Assembly: GCA_963579555.1 (NCBI GenBank)
Contig: CAUZHA010000002.1
Location: 4,307-68,306, forward strand
DNA: 64,000 nt
Origin: Planctomycetes bacterium UBA1146
GTDB lineage: Bacteria > Planctomycetota > UBA8108
Direction of reading: 5' to 3'
The position numbers and the translations under genes are program-made. The notes beneath the pieces are model-generated. The model was given only the letters and a program-made list of their open reading frames with translations. It was not told the DNA's origin and did no database searches. Shown here in pieces: positions 19,718 through 29,969 of this stretch. Every line of letters begins with the position of its first letter. Position 1 is the stretch's first letter.

Positions 19718-21235
19718 TCAATCGAGGTCGAAGCGGACGCCTTGGGCCAGCGGCAGCTCCGTTCCATAGTTGATCGTGCAGGTCTGGCGGCGCATATAGG
19801 CTTTCCAGGAGTCGGACCCGGCCTCCCGCCCGCCGCCAGTCTCCTTTTCACCTCCGAAGGCTCCCCCTATCTCGGCGCCGCTTGTTCCGATGTTGACGTT
19901 GGCGATTCCACAATCGCTGCCGGCAACGGAAAGGAATCGCTCCGCGTTCCTGACCGAGTCGGTGAAAATCGCCGACGAAAGGCCCTGTCGAACGTTGTTC
20001 TGCGCCGAGATGGCTTCATCCAGATCATCCGTCTCTAGCAGGTAGAGAATGGGGGCGAAGGTCTCTTCACGGACGATCTCCATCCCGGAATCAGCCTTGA
20101 TAAGGGTGGGCTGCACGAAGAAGCCCGGTCCCTCGATTACCTGGCCCCCGGTCAGGATCTCGCCGCCGTTGGCGCGGGCCGTTGCTACGGCTTTTTCAAA
20201 GGTTCTGACCGCATCCTCATCGATGAGGGGGCCGACCAGGGTCTTTGGGTCAAGCGGGTCGCCCACGATGACGGATTCGAAGGCCTCGGTCAGTCTCTGT
20301 GCCAGCGTTGGGAAGATTCTTTTTTGTGCCAGCACTCTCCTGGTCGTTGTACACCGCTGCCCCGCCGTTCCCAGTGAACCGAAGAGTACGGCCCTGAGGC
20401 CCAGATCGATGTCGGCATCATCCAGGATGATGATCGCGTTGTTGCCGCCCAACTCGAGCAGGCTTCGTCCCATTCGTCCGGCGACGGCCACAGCTACTTT
20501 TCGTCCCATTCGGCAGCTTCCGGTCGCGCTGATCAATGGCAGGCGTTCATCCGTCGCGATTCGCTCGCCGGTTTCAATTCCTCCGCAGCAGAGGTTGAAG
20601 ACCCCGGCGAGCCCTTCTGGTTCGAGCACCCGGTTGCAGATTTTTTGTACGGCAATTGCCGTCAGGGGCGTTTTCTCGGAGGGTTTCCAGACGATGGTAT
20701 CACCGCAGATGGCCGCGACCAACGCGTTCCAGGCCCAGACGGCTACGGGAAAGTTGAAGGCGGTGATGACTCCCACCGGGCCAAGGGGGTGCCATTGTTC
20801 GAACATCCTGTGATCAGGACGCTCGCTTGGCAGGGTGGCTCCGCCGATCGTACGTGAGAGTCCTACCGCGAAGTCGGCAATATCAATCATCTCCTGGACT
20901 TCTCCCTCACCCTCGGAGAGTACCTTGCCGCACTCGAGGGAGACGAGCTTTCCAAGGGGTTCCTTGAACCGCCTGAGCTCTTCACCAATAAGCCTGATAT
21001 ATTCTCCCCGGCGGGGGGCTGGGAGCTTTTTCCAGCCTTCAAATGAGTTGTACGCGCCCTGGATGGTGTTAAGGGTTTCCTCCGAGGTTGCACCAGCCAC
21101 CCTGGCAAGCTCTTCAGAGTTCGCAGGATTGATGGAGACAAGCTCTTCACCTTGTCCGGACCAGTTACCATTCGAGCAGACTCCAGCCTCTACAGGCTGC
21201 AGGTCGAGCTCTGGGGGTATTTCGCGAGTATTCAT
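19718..21235 (-). CDS. Aldehyde dehydrogenase, ALDH7 (antiquitin / alpha-aminoadipic semialdehyde dehydrogenase)-like
   Basis: LECGKVLSEGEGEVQEMIDIADFAVGLSR closely matches the ALDH7 signature region. ELGGNNA and GQRCT catalytic-Cys motifs are present. Confidence 0.85.
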   Translation of the reverse strand: MNTREIPPELDLQPVEAGVCSNGNWSGQGEELVSINPANSEELARVAGATSEETLNTIQGAYNSFEGWKKLPAPRRGEYIRLIGEELRRFKEPLGKLVSLECGKVLSEGEGEVQEMIDIADFAVGLSRTIGGATLPSERPDHRMFEQWHPLGPVGVITAFNFPVAVWAWNALVAAICGDTIVWKPSEKTPLTAIAVQKICNRVLEPEGLAGVFNLCCGGIETGERIATDERLPLISATGSCRMGRKVAVAVAGRMGRSLLELGGNNAIIILDDADIDLGLRAVLFGSLGTAGQRCTTTRRVLAQKRIFPTLAQRLTEAFESVIVGDPLDPKTLVGPLIDEDAVRTFEKAVATARANGGEILTGGQVIEGPGFFVQPTLIKADSGMEIVREETFAPILYLLETDDLDEAISAQNNVRQGLSSAIFTDSVRNAERFLSVAGSDCGIANVNIGTSGAEIGGAFGGEKETGGGREAGSDSWKAYMRRQTCTINYGTELPLAQGVRFDLD

Positions 21236-21678
21236 GAAACCTTGCTGCTGAGCCGTAATGAAGTGGTTTTAGGATTCCAGAAGGGAATTGTCCCTTTCAG
21301 CATACAAATATCCACTACCGTCTTTCTTCCGGAACCATTGTCATTTACCCGTAGTTCCCGATTCCGAAATAGCCCATATGGGTTTTGGAATTCCGATAAC
21401 TCTATTTTTTACAATATGTTGTGTCATCCTGCCTGGCCTGGAACGCGTTCTGGAGGCTTCTGTGACAGGTATAGAGGGTTTGAGGTGATCTCTGAGGGCT
21501 GGTTAGAACTATTTTAAGTCATTGTACTGTATGGATTTGTGTTTTTTTAGTAAGGCATTTACAGGACTTAGAGACCTGGGGCGAATCTTCTGTAAATAGG
21601 TCTTTGTCGCGTGTATCCTTTTACGACTGAACTAATTGGGATCTGTTAAAAAAAACCGACATTGGAGGCGCTCCATAC
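21236..21678. promoter_or_regulatory. AT-rich divergent intergenic/promoter region between ALDH (minus) and HEAT-repeat gene (plus)
   Basis: Markedly lower GC than the flanks. Perfect palindromes TTCCGGAA (21327-21334), GGAATTCC (21387-21394) and GAACGCGTTC (21441-21450). GGAGG RBS lies 9 nt before the ATG at 21679. Confidence 0.4.
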
Positions 21679-23499
21679 ATGGACGCAACCACCAAGAAAC
21701 TATTGAATTTGCTGGGTTCTGACGACTTGGAATTACGAGTCGCGGCGGCCCAGGTTTTTTCCGAGCTCGGGATCTCTACGAAGCCTGTTATCAAGGCTCT
21801 CGGGAATTGTCTCAGGGAACCCTATGAGCCCATGCAACTGGCTGCTTTGAAGGGACTTGCGCGCCTGGGGGCGGCTGATGTGTCCCACCTGGTGCTGCCC
21901 ATGATTCTCAAGGGAGGCATCATCCGGGAGCATTCAATGGCTGTGATTACGGCCATTGGTCCTTCCGCTGTCCCGCAGCTTCGCGATCTCTACCAGGAGG
22001 CTGATTTCAATGGCCGCCGGGCGATTATATCGACCCTGTCGGCTGTGAATGGAAAATCCGCTGTAGAATTCCTCCTGAAGAAGTTCGAGGAAGAATCCTT
22101 TGAGCAGCAGCAGCACCTGCTGGCGCGTCTCTCGGATTCGATCAACGCGATGAAGCCTGCCCAGCAGACCCCGGTGTTTCCGCTTGTGCAGAAGCTTCTG
22201 CGCGGGAAGCCTGCTTCGGCCAGTCCTTACCTGCATATCGCTGGTCTCATTCTGCTCGGCTGTTTCAAGGGCAGGTCGCTTGTCGGGCGGGCCAGGAAGA
22301 TTCTCAGGAATTACGCTGACCAGAGGCACCTCCCGGAGATCCGGAAGTTTGCATTCATCTCGCTCTACAGGCAGTCCGATGAGTTGAAGGCGACGCCGGA
22401 TTACACGCGTTTCCTGCACAAGAGTCTTTGCGATGCGGACTGGGAGAATGTCGCCCAGCATGCCCTGACGGGTTTCAAGAAAATCGATCTTCCCGCCAAG
22501 GACTCCATCAAGCTTGTTCAACTGCTTAACAAATCTCCGCACTTCGCTGTGCATATTCATATCTTCGAACGGCTCAAGGGGATCGACAAGCCCGAGATCG
22601 CCGCGGCGATTGTCCCCTTCCTTTCGGACTCACGTTTCCGGGTTCGCGAGGCGGCGGAGGCGACCTTGCGCGAGATCTCTTCGGGTATCGAGAGTCTCTT
22701 CAAGACTCTTGTCGAGTCCGAGGATCTCGAGGTCACCCAGAGAGTGAACTCGATTCTCCAGGAGTTCCCCCAGAAGACACGCCGCAAGTATCTCGATCGC
22801 GCAGTGAAGCGCCTGATTCTTCTCTTTGAGAGAAACGATGTTCGCCATCGCTCCTTCCTGGAATTTGTAAAAGGTGTGGATACGGATCCGCTGCGAGCCA
22901 AGGTGTATCAAAAGGCCGTTAAGCTGAAGAATGGTTCGAGCCGCGATAAGTGGGTTCGCATCACCGAATACATGCAGCTGCTGTGGGACCACCACATGAT
23001 CACCTCCGAGGGGCGGTATTTCTTCGCTATCGCTCTCATTCGCCAGAGCTCGAGGGATCTTGATCCGGCCTCTCGCAGATCGGATCTCGGCTTGCGGGTT
23101 TTGCGCGCGCTGATCTACGACAGCTATCAAGAGCTCGTGGAGAAGATCACTGTCGATAAGCACATCGACCCCGAGGATTACTATTATCTCGGTTTCCATT
23201 TTGCCGAAGAAGGTGAGCAGATGGGCCGGTTTGGCATTCGCATGCTGAGGCACCTGGTTGAGGCTTTCCCCCGTAATAAGGTCTCGGAACAGGCCCAGCA
23301 GAAGCTGAGACTTCATCTCGGAGATGAGGCTGAAGAAGAAGAGCCCGCCAACCCCTCCAAGACCGAAAAGGCAAAGAAGCCCGCCGGGAAGAAGAAGTCC
23401 AAGAAGGCCTCCAGTCGCCGGGTAACGATCGATGTGAGCGCCTCGACCAGCGCGGCTCGCAAGGCCCGTTCCGCAAAGAAGAAGTCCAAAGGCAAGTAA
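21679..23499 (+). CDS. HEAT-repeat protein with poly-Lys C-terminal tail
   Basis: Repeated LxxLxxDxxxxVRxxAAxALGxI-type HEAT units (ELRVAAAQVFSELG, MQLAALKGLARLG). C-terminus KKPAGKKKSKKASSRR...SAKKKSKGK. Strong RBS. Confidence 0.7.
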   Translation: MDATTKKLLNLLGSDDLELRVAAAQVFSELGISTKPVIKALGNCLREPYEPMQLAALKGLARLGAADVSHLVLPMILKGGIIREHSMAVITAIGPSAVPQLRDLYQEADFNGRRAIISTLSAVNGKSAVEFLLKKFEEESFEQQQHLLARLSDSINAMKPAQQTPVFPLVQKLLRGKPASASPYLHIAGLILLGCFKGRSLVGRARKILRNYADQRHLPEIRKFAFISLYRQSDELKATPDYTRFLHKSLCDADWENVAQHALTGFKKIDLPAKDSIKLVQLLNKSPHFAVHIHIFERLKGIDKPEIAAAIVPFLSDSRFRVREAAEATLREISSGIESLFKTLVESEDLEVTQRVNSILQEFPQKTRRKYLDRAVKRLILLFERNDVRHRSFLEFVKGVDTDPLRAKVYQKAVKLKNGSSRDKWVRITEYMQLLWDHHMITSEGRYFFAIALIRQSSRDLDPASRRSDLGLRVLRALIYDSYQELVEKITVDKHIDPEDYYYLGFHFAEEGEQMGRFGIRMLRHLVEAFPRNKVSEQAQQKLRLHLGDEAEEEEPANPSKTEKAKKPAGKKKSKKASSRRVTIDVSASTSAARKARSAKKKSKGK

Positions 23500-23553
23500 T
23501 TCCGCGGCTTCTCGGGGAGGTTGACTGATGGAGCGTTAGCCCCGGGTCTTTTC

Positions 23554-24072
23554 TCAGATGACCTTCAATCCCCTGATGTGGTTCCAGATCTCCAGGCCAT
23601 CGGGGACGAAGTTCCATTCGCCGATCTTCGCCTCGATTTCTTCGATGCTCATATAGCTTCCCCATTCAACCTCTTCCGGCTGGTGGCGGATTTTCCCTTC
23701 CCAGGTCACCTTGTAAACCGCCACCAGGCTGCGGTTCAGGGGACCAAGGTAGAGATATCGGCAAATGGGTTCAGGCTGGGGCCCCTTGATTCCCAGCTCT
23801 TCGGCGATCTCCCTGGCGGCGGCCAGGTCACAGTCTTCGCCCTGCCCCACGACTCCACCAACGAACATATCGTACATGCCGGGAAAGACATCCTTTGTCT
23901 CCGTGCGGCGATGAACGTAGATCCGCCCAGTGGGATCAAGGCAGAGAATCCCGACCCCGCGGTGGAGCAGGTTCAGGCGGCGGATCCTTTCACGGCGCGC
24001 CCAGCCGATGACACGGTCCTGTTCGTCGATCAGGTCTACGAGCTCTTCACGAGGGTCCATCATTTCTCCCAT
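23554..24072 (-). CDS. NUDIX hydrolase
   Basis: Nudix box GGVVGQGEDCDLAAAREIAEELGI (GX5EX7REUXEEXGU). Confidence 0.75.
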   Translation of the reverse strand: MGEMMDPREELVDLIDEQDRVIGWARRERIRRLNLLHRGVGILCLDPTGRIYVHRRTETKDVFPGMYDMFVGGVVGQGEDCDLAAAREIAEELGIKGPQPEPICRYLYLGPLNRSLVAVYKVTWEGKIRHQPEEVEWGSYMSIEEIEAKIGEWNFVPDGLEIWNHIRGLKVI

Positions 24073-24176
24073 ATTGCATGCGGGCCAGAGCCTGTATCTT
24101 ATGCTGTAGGGAAGGAGGGTTCCTCCCCGGTTTTTGTTTTCGCACGGACTCCATTCAGGGTGGAAGATTTATTTCG

Positions 24177-24734
24177 ATGCAGGAATTTGCGAGCGCCATC
24201 CTCCGGCCGGACTGTCTTGCGGGCGGAGAGCTGAGAGTAACGGCCAGCCCGAAGGGTGTTCGACGTGTGGAGCTCTTTGAGGCCGCGCCCACGCCTCCAG
24301 GCAGAGCGCCGCGGAGAACTGGGAATTCTACCGGCGAGATTCTTGAGCGGGCCTGCGCAGAGCTGGACCGCTATTTTTCCGGTGAGAAGATAACCTTCCG
24401 TTCTCCCCTGGATTTCGACGGCTCGGGTACGCCGTTTCAGCTGCGGGTCTGGAAGGCTCTCTTCGAGATTCCCCGAGGCGAGTTTCGTACCTACGGGGAG
24501 CTTGCCGTCCGGGTCGGATCGCCGCGCGCCGCCCGGGCTGTGGGCCAGGCCGTCGGGAAGAATCCGCTGCCGGTCATTTTCCCCTGTCACCGGGTGATCT
24601 CAGGCGATGGCAGCCTGGGCGGGTTCTCCTGCGGCGTGCGCCTGAAGGTCTTCCTGCTCGAGCTCGAGGGCCTGGCCGTCGCCGGCAGCCTCCCGCTTCC
24701 CGGCTCCAGGTGGAGCGCTCTGCGTATGAGCTGA
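24177..24734 (+). CDS. ogt: Methylated-DNA--protein-cysteine methyltransferase
   Basis: PCHRVI active-site motif. FQLRVWKAL...YGELA signature. Start placed at the internal ATG, giving about 185 aa and a divergent intergenic region with the NUDIX gene. Confidence 0.8.
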   Translation: MQEFASAILRPDCLAGGELRVTASPKGVRRVELFEAAPTPPGRAPRRTGNSTGEILERACAELDRYFSGEKITFRSPLDFDGSGTPFQLRVWKALFEIPRGEFRTYGELAVRVGSPRAARAVGQAVGKNPLPVIFPCHRVISGDGSLGGFSCGVRLKVFLLELEGLAVAGSLPLPGSRWSALRMS

Positions 24735-24902
24735 GAGAAGCGGCGCCTGGCGGTCACAAGTGGATTGCGAATCGTCCTGCTGGAAAATAAAATGATCTGA
24801 AAGAAGTTTCAGCGGGGAGGACGAACCACGCGATGTGATTTGAGCTTTCCGGATGATCTAATACTGACCCACACGGTCTCTCCTGAATCGTCAACACCAT
24901 CC

Positions 24903-26858
24903 ATGAAATCAATCGCCTGCATGATCCTGCTGCTGTTGCCCGGTATGGGGCCAGGCCTGGGGGCCGCTGAGCGGTCCCCGGCCCTGGAGGTTCTCGAATC
25001 TCGATGTCTCGGCTGTCATGACTCGGACACGCGCAAGGGGGGGATCGACCTCGAGCAGCTTCTCTCCGCCCCGGATCCACTCGCTGAGAAGATCGCGGCC
25101 CTGTGGGAGAAGGTCGACCAGGCCGTCGGCGAAGGCGAGATGCCGCCAAAGAAGAAGAAGCCCCTGACCACCGCGCAGAAGGCGCAGATCGCCGGCTGGT
25201 TCGAGGAGACCTACGTCCTGAAGGACGGCAAGGAACACATCGGCGAGTCGAGGCTGCGGAGGCTGAGCCGCTATGAGTTCATCAATACGCTCGAGGAGCT
25301 GTTGCGGGTCTCGCTGAAGCAACCCTATGTCTACAGCCCGGAATTCCCCGCCTTCCTGCCCTCCACGCTGGAGACGATCCTGCCGCCTGATGCGCCGGGT
25401 GAATCCGGCTTCTGCAATGACGCGGCTCAGCTGGCCGGATCCAGGCCGCCGATCCTGAAATACAATGAGGCTTTCGACTACGCCCTGAGGATTTTTGAGC
25501 AGGCCCCCGCGGCTCGCGAAAAAGTTTTCGGGTTCAAGGGCGCCTCGCCCAAGCTGACCGAGGAGCAGGCCGGGAAGATTCTCCGCCGCTTCCTGGCCCG
25601 GGCCTGGCGCGGCTATAAGAACGCGGAGAGTGAAGAGGTGGTGCTGAACGCCTACCGCACCCGCCGTAAAAAAGAGGCGCCGGTTTCTTCACTTCTGTAT
25701 GCGCTGAAGATCGGCCTCCTCTCGCCGCCCTTTGTCTACCGGATCGAGACGGTCAGGAACAAGGCGCTGCCCTACAGGGTCAGCGCCTACGAGCTCGCAA
25801 GCCGTCTCTCGTATTTCCTGTGGGCCTCCATGCCCGACGATGAGCTGTTCGCCCTGGCGGCGGATGGTCGCCTGCTCGATGAGACGGTTCTCGCCGGGCA
25901 GGTCGGCCGGATGCTGAAATCTCCCCGCCGCATCTCCCTGTCGGAAGATTTTGCCGGGCAGTGGCTGGGATTTGGCGAGCTGTGGACCAACAAGGCCTTC
26001 TACCGGAACGAAAGATGGAGCCGCGGCATCTACGATGAGCTGCTGTTTTTCTTCGATGAGCTGATCAAGTCCGACCGCAGCATCCTGGAGGTCGTCGACT
26101 CGGACTGGATCTACCAGAGCGACTACACCGGCGTTCGTACCGCGGGCAAGGGGCACTCTTTCGCCACGAAGCATGGGGACATTTTCGGGTCGCGCCGCGA
26201 GAACCCCCCGGGAATCCAGGAACAATTCTACAAGCCTCCGCGTCTTATCAGGATCAAGAGCGAGCAGCGGGGAGGTCTCATTACCACCGTTGGAATTTTG
26301 CGGGTGACCTCCGCTCCCGAGAAGACGAATCCCATCCGCCGGGGAGTCTGGCTGCTGGACAGGATCATCGGGCGTCCGCTGCACGCGCCGGAAAATGTTC
26401 CGGCCCTGAGCAAGAGCGAGAAGGTGGATGGGAAGAAGCTCACAGACCTTGCCGACATCCTGAAGGCGCATACCGGCAAGGCGATCTGCGTCAGCTGTCA
26501 CAAGCACATCGACCCTCTCGGGCTTGGTCTCGAGAACTTCGATCCCTTCGGGAAATGGAGGACCTCCTACAGGAACAAGCGTCCGGTCAGGTCCAGCGGA
26601 GTGTTTCCCAATGGAGACACCTTCAAGACGCCGCGGCAGATGAAGCAGATCCTGGTGGAAGAATACCGCGAGCCGATCGTGAAGAACGTCGCCGCCCGGC
26701 TGCTCTCCTACGCGCTCGGCCGCAAGCTGCGGCCCTATGACCGGACCGAGCTGAAAAGAATTTGCGACAACCTCGAACGGGATGGCTTTAAGATCAACTC
26801 GTTGATTGCCGACATCATCAGGAGTAAGCGGTTTCAATGTCGACAGGACCAGCCATGA
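24903..26858 (+). CDS. DUF1592/DUF1585/DUF1587/DUF1588/DUF1595-family protein with Planctomycete cytochrome-c-like CxxCH motifs
   Basis: Signal peptide. LESRCLGCHDSDTRKGGIDL (PSCyt-like). RLSRYEFINTLEELL. C-terminal CVSCHKHIDPLGLGLENFDPFGKWR. Typical partner of a DUF1552 gene. Confidence 0.75.
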   Translation: MKSIACMILLLLPGMGPGLGAAERSPALEVLESRCLGCHDSDTRKGGIDLEQLLSAPDPLAEKIAALWEKVDQAVGEGEMPPKKKKPLTTAQKAQIAGWFEETYVLKDGKEHIGESRLRRLSRYEFINTLEELLRVSLKQPYVYSPEFPAFLPSTLETILPPDAPGESGFCNDAAQLAGSRPPILKYNEAFDYALRIFEQAPAAREKVFGFKGASPKLTEEQAGKILRRFLARAWRGYKNAESEEVVLNAYRTRRKKEAPVSSLLYALKIGLLSPPFVYRIETVRNKALPYRVSAYELASRLSYFLWASMPDDELFALAADGRLLDETVLAGQVGRMLKSPRRISLSEDFAGQWLGFGELWTNKAFYRNERWSRGIYDELLFFFDELIKSDRSILEVVDSDWIYQSDYTGVRTAGKGHSFATKHGDIFGSRRENPPGIQEQFYKPPRLIRIKSEQRGGLITTVGILRVTSAPEKTNPIRRGVWLLDRIIGRPLHAPENVPALSKSEKVDGKKLTDLADILKAHTGKAICVSCHKHIDPLGLGLENFDPFGKWRTSYRNKRPVRSSGVFPNGDTFKTPRQMKQILVEEYREPIVKNVAARLLSYALGRKLRPYDRTELKRICDNLERDGFKINSLIADIIRSKRFQCRQDQP

Positions 26859-28447
26859 GCGGAGAGTCTTATCTTATCCCGAGACGGTCGTTTCTCCGGG
26901 GCGTTGGCGCGGCCCTCGCGCTGCCCTCGCTCGAGATCATGTCCCCGGCTCTTGGCTATGCCCGCTCGGCGGCGGCGAAGAACCTGCGTCTCTGCGTCCT
27001 GTTCAAGGGCGCGGGAGTGAATCCCAGCTCGTGGGATATCACCGGCGCGACGGAGACGGAGTTCACGCTCTCGAAACTTCTCAGCCCGCTCGAGAAAAAC
27101 AAGAAGGACATTGTCATCCTGCGAAACATCGATGGCGACCAGCGGGCCAATGGCGGGCATGAAAACGTAACGGTGACCTTCATGACCGGAAATGTTCGCA
27201 AGTCCCGTCTTGTACAGAGGCAGTCCTTTGACCAGCTCATCGCTGATCACGTTGGCGGTGAGACCCCGGTCAAGTCGCTGCAATTGCGCAGCGACACCTA
27301 TCTCGACGCCAACGATCCCTCGGAGAACTTTCTCTCCTACGGAGAGGACGGCCGGGCTCTGCCGGTTGAACACAACCCGGAGGTCGTTTTCAACCGGCTC
27401 TTCAAGGGTTTCAACAACAGCGGCTTTCGCAAACGGACCGCAAGCGTCCTCGATGAGGTGAAGGCAAGCTACCAGTCAATCGTTCGCAAGGCCAGCCATC
27501 GCGACCGGCAGGTCCTGGAGCACTACCTGCAGTCGGTTCGTGATGTGGAGCGCGAGCTCGGGCAATTCAAGACCCTTGGCAATCCGGCGCGTGATTCCAG
27601 GATGAAGCGAATCCAGCCGGTGCCGGCCGCCACCGACCTCGCGCAGCGCACACGGGCCATGCTGGACCTGATCGCGCTGGCCTATTGGACCGACATGACG
27701 CGGGTGAGCACGTTGATGATGGCTCACACCGAGAGCAGGTCGACCTATGATTTTCTCGGAGTGAACGATGAGCTTCACTCCCTGAGTCACTTCGTTCGTA
27801 CCCGCAACCGCTCTTCCGGGCTCTCGGGCTATGACAAGATCAACCACTGGTATGTTCAGCAGTTCTCCTATTTCCTCGAGAAGCTCAAATCTCTCGACGA
27901 TGAGGAGGGCTCGGTCTTCGACAACTCGATTGTCCTCTTCGGCTCCGGCATCAAGCACGGAGACTATCACTCGGTGACCGATCTGCCGCTGGTGCTCTCC
28001 GGCGGGGGGGGCGGCCAGGTGCTGCCGGGACGCTATGTGAAATATCCAAACACCCCTAACGGCAACCTGCTCCTGAAGCTGATGGACATGATGGGTGTGA
28101 AGCGGGAGAGCTACGGCAACTCGAACGGTCTCCTCACCGGGATCTCCGAGAAGGCGAACCTCGCCCCGAAATATGTCGATGATGGCTCCTGGAAGATCCT
28201 CAAGGACGAGGGAGGCAGGCTCCAGGTCAAGGGCATGCTGAAGATCAGGGTCAAGGCAGACGACCTGAATCTCTATCTCGTACAATTGTCCGGCGGCGAG
28301 AGCCTCGAGCTGCGGACCGACTTCGGCACCATCCACAACCTGAAGATCGATGCCTGTGTCGGCTCGGTTGTTGAGCTCGAGGGCGAGTACAAGGTGACGG
28401 ACGGCCGCAAGATCATCACCAGGGTCAAGCGCTGCAGGCGGCTGTGA
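26855..28447 (+). CDS. DUF1552 domain-containing protein (Tat-secreted)
   Basis: Twin-arginine motif PRRSFLRGVGAALALP. DLPLVLSGGGGGQV motif. ATGA start/stop overlap with the upstream gene indicates translational coupling. Confidence 0.75.
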   Translation: MSGESYLIPRRSFLRGVGAALALPSLEIMSPALGYARSAAAKNLRLCVLFKGAGVNPSSWDITGATETEFTLSKLLSPLEKNKKDIVILRNIDGDQRANGGHENVTVTFMTGNVRKSRLVQRQSFDQLIADHVGGETPVKSLQLRSDTYLDANDPSENFLSYGEDGRALPVEHNPEVVFNRLFKGFNNSGFRKRTASVLDEVKASYQSIVRKASHRDRQVLEHYLQSVRDVERELGQFKTLGNPARDSRMKRIQPVPAATDLAQRTRAMLDLIALAYWTDMTRVSTLMMAHTESRSTYDFLGVNDELHSLSHFVRTRNRSSGLSGYDKINHWYVQQFSYFLEKLKSLDDEEGSVFDNSIVLFGSGIKHGDYHSVTDLPLVLSGGGGGQVLPGRYVKYPNTPNGNLLLKLMDMMGVKRESYGNSNGLLTGISEKANLAPKYVDDGSWKILKDEGGRLQVKGMLKIRVKADDLNLYLVQLSGGESLELRTDFGTIHNLKIDACVGSVVELEGEYKVTDGRKIITRVKRCRRL

Positions 28448-28469
28448 GCCGGGCGGGTTGGATTCCCGC

Positions 28470-29939
28470 TCAGGCGAAGATTCCTCTGGCCACCTCGCCG
28501 TGCACGTCGGTGAGACGGAAGTCCCGCCCAGCGTAGCGATAGGTCAGGCGCTCGTGATCGATGCCCATGGTGTGCAGCAGCGTGGCGTGCAGGTCATGGA
28601 TGGTCATCCGGTTCTCGATGGCGTAGTAGCCGAACTCGTCGGTCTTGCCGTAGCGGAAGCCGCCCCTCACTCCGGCGCCGGCCATCCACATCGTGAAGCC
28701 GTCGGGATGGTGATCCCGTCCGATGGTGGCCTTCTTTCCCTCCTGGGCCGTTGGCGTGCGTCCGAACTCGCCGCCCCAGAGAACCAGGGTGTCCTCAAGC
28801 AGCCCGCGCTGCTTCAGATCCTTGATCAGCCCGGTGATGGGCTTGTCGATCTGGGCGACGTTGATCGCGTGTCCCTTCTTGATGTGGCTGTGCTGGTCCC
28901 ACTGCTCGTTGTTGAAGGGCAGGGTGTGCGCATGGCTGACCTGGATGAAGCGGACGTCTCGCTCGGCGAAACGTCTTGCCATGAGGCACATGGTTCCGAA
29001 GTTCTGCGTGTTCGGATCGTCCATCCCGTAGAGCTCCCTCGTTTGGGGTGTCTCCTTCGCGAGATCGACCGCTTCGGGCGCGGCCTGCTGCATCCGAAAC
29101 GCCATCTCGAAGCTCGCGATCCGTGCCTCGAGGTCCGAATTCGGGCCGGTTGCCGCGAGGTGGTGCTGGTTGAGGCGCTTGAGGTAGCGCAGCTGCGCCT
29201 GCTGCTGTCCGGGTGTTCTGAAAGAATTTTCGAGGAACTCGAATTTCGCGTTCTTCATCAGGGTGTTCGGGTAGCCGGGTGTGCCGAGGGGGACGCCCTG
29301 GTGTATGGACGGCAGGAAGGCGGTGCCGAAGTTGTCGACACCTCCGTGGAGGCTCGTCGGGCAGATCGTGATGAAGCTCGGCAGGTTCTGGTTCTCGGTG
29401 CCCAGTCCGTAGCTCATCCAGCTCCCCATGCTCGGGCGCAGCAGGGAGTCGCTGCCTGTGAAGAGCTTCATGCAGGCGCCGCCGTGCGCTACGTTCTGGT
29501 CGCAGAGGCCGTGGAGCATGCAGAGCTCGTCAGCGACCTCCGGCAGGTGCTGCCAGAGCTCGCTCATCGGGATCCCGCTCTTGCCGGTCGGACGGAACTT
29601 CCAGGGCGAGGCGAGCAGGTTGCCGCGCGCGGCGAACTTCACCCGGGTGCGCTGGAAGGGAGGCGGTTTGCCGTCGTTTTTCTGGAGCTCCGGTTTCGGG
29701 TCGAAGAGGTCGATGTGAGAAGGGCCACCATGCATGAAGAGAAAGATGATCCGCCTGGCTCGCGGCTTGAAATGCGGTTTCCTGGCGGCCAGGGGATGGA
29801 TCGGAACGCCACCACCGGTTTCACCCTCGGCCTGGAGAAGGTCGGCGAGGGCGAGCCCTCCGAATCCCAGGCACCAGGACCTCAGCAGGTCTCTGCGAGC
29901 CGGGAGGTGCCGGCCGGGTTGTAAAGGCTGGTAGGTCAT
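28470..29939 (-). CDS. DUF1501 domain-containing protein (sulfatase-fold, Tat-secreted)
   Basis: Tat motif ARRDLLRSW. MHGGPSHIDLFDPKP signature typical of DUF1501. Confidence 0.8.
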   Translation of the reverse strand: MTYQPLQPGRHLPARRDLLRSWCLGFGGLALADLLQAEGETGGGVPIHPLAARKPHFKPRARRIIFLFMHGGPSHIDLFDPKPELQKNDGKPPPFQRTRVKFAARGNLLASPWKFRPTGKSGIPMSELWQHLPEVADELCMLHGLCDQNVAHGGACMKLFTGSDSLLRPSMGSWMSYGLGTENQNLPSFITICPTSLHGGVDNFGTAFLPSIHQGVPLGTPGYPNTLMKNAKFEFLENSFRTPGQQQAQLRYLKRLNQHHLAATGPNSDLEARIASFEMAFRMQQAAPEAVDLAKETPQTRELYGMDDPNTQNFGTMCLMARRFAERDVRFIQVSHAHTLPFNNEQWDQHSHIKKGHAINVAQIDKPITGLIKDLKQRGLLEDTLVLWGGEFGRTPTAQEGKKATIGRDHHPDGFTMWMAGAGVRGGFRYGKTDEFGYYAIENRMTIHDLHATLLHTMGIDHERLTYRYAGRDFRLTDVHGEVARGIFA

Positions 29940-29969
29940 CGTGAATGCGCCGGGGATTTCCGGGTTGGG

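Noticed and set aside
21441-21450. GAACGCGTTC as a LexA (Cheo-type) SOS box
   Set aside because: The Gram-positive Cheo box is GAAC-N4-GTTC. This site has only a 2-nt spacer, so it is kept only as a generic palindrome.
25689-26837. 382-aa minus-strand ORF
   Set aside because: Antisense to the DUF1592-family gene. No motifs.
28458-29924. 488-aa plus-strand ORF
   Set aside because: Antisense to the DUF1501 gene (MHGGPSHIDLFDPKP, Tat signal). No motifs of its own.
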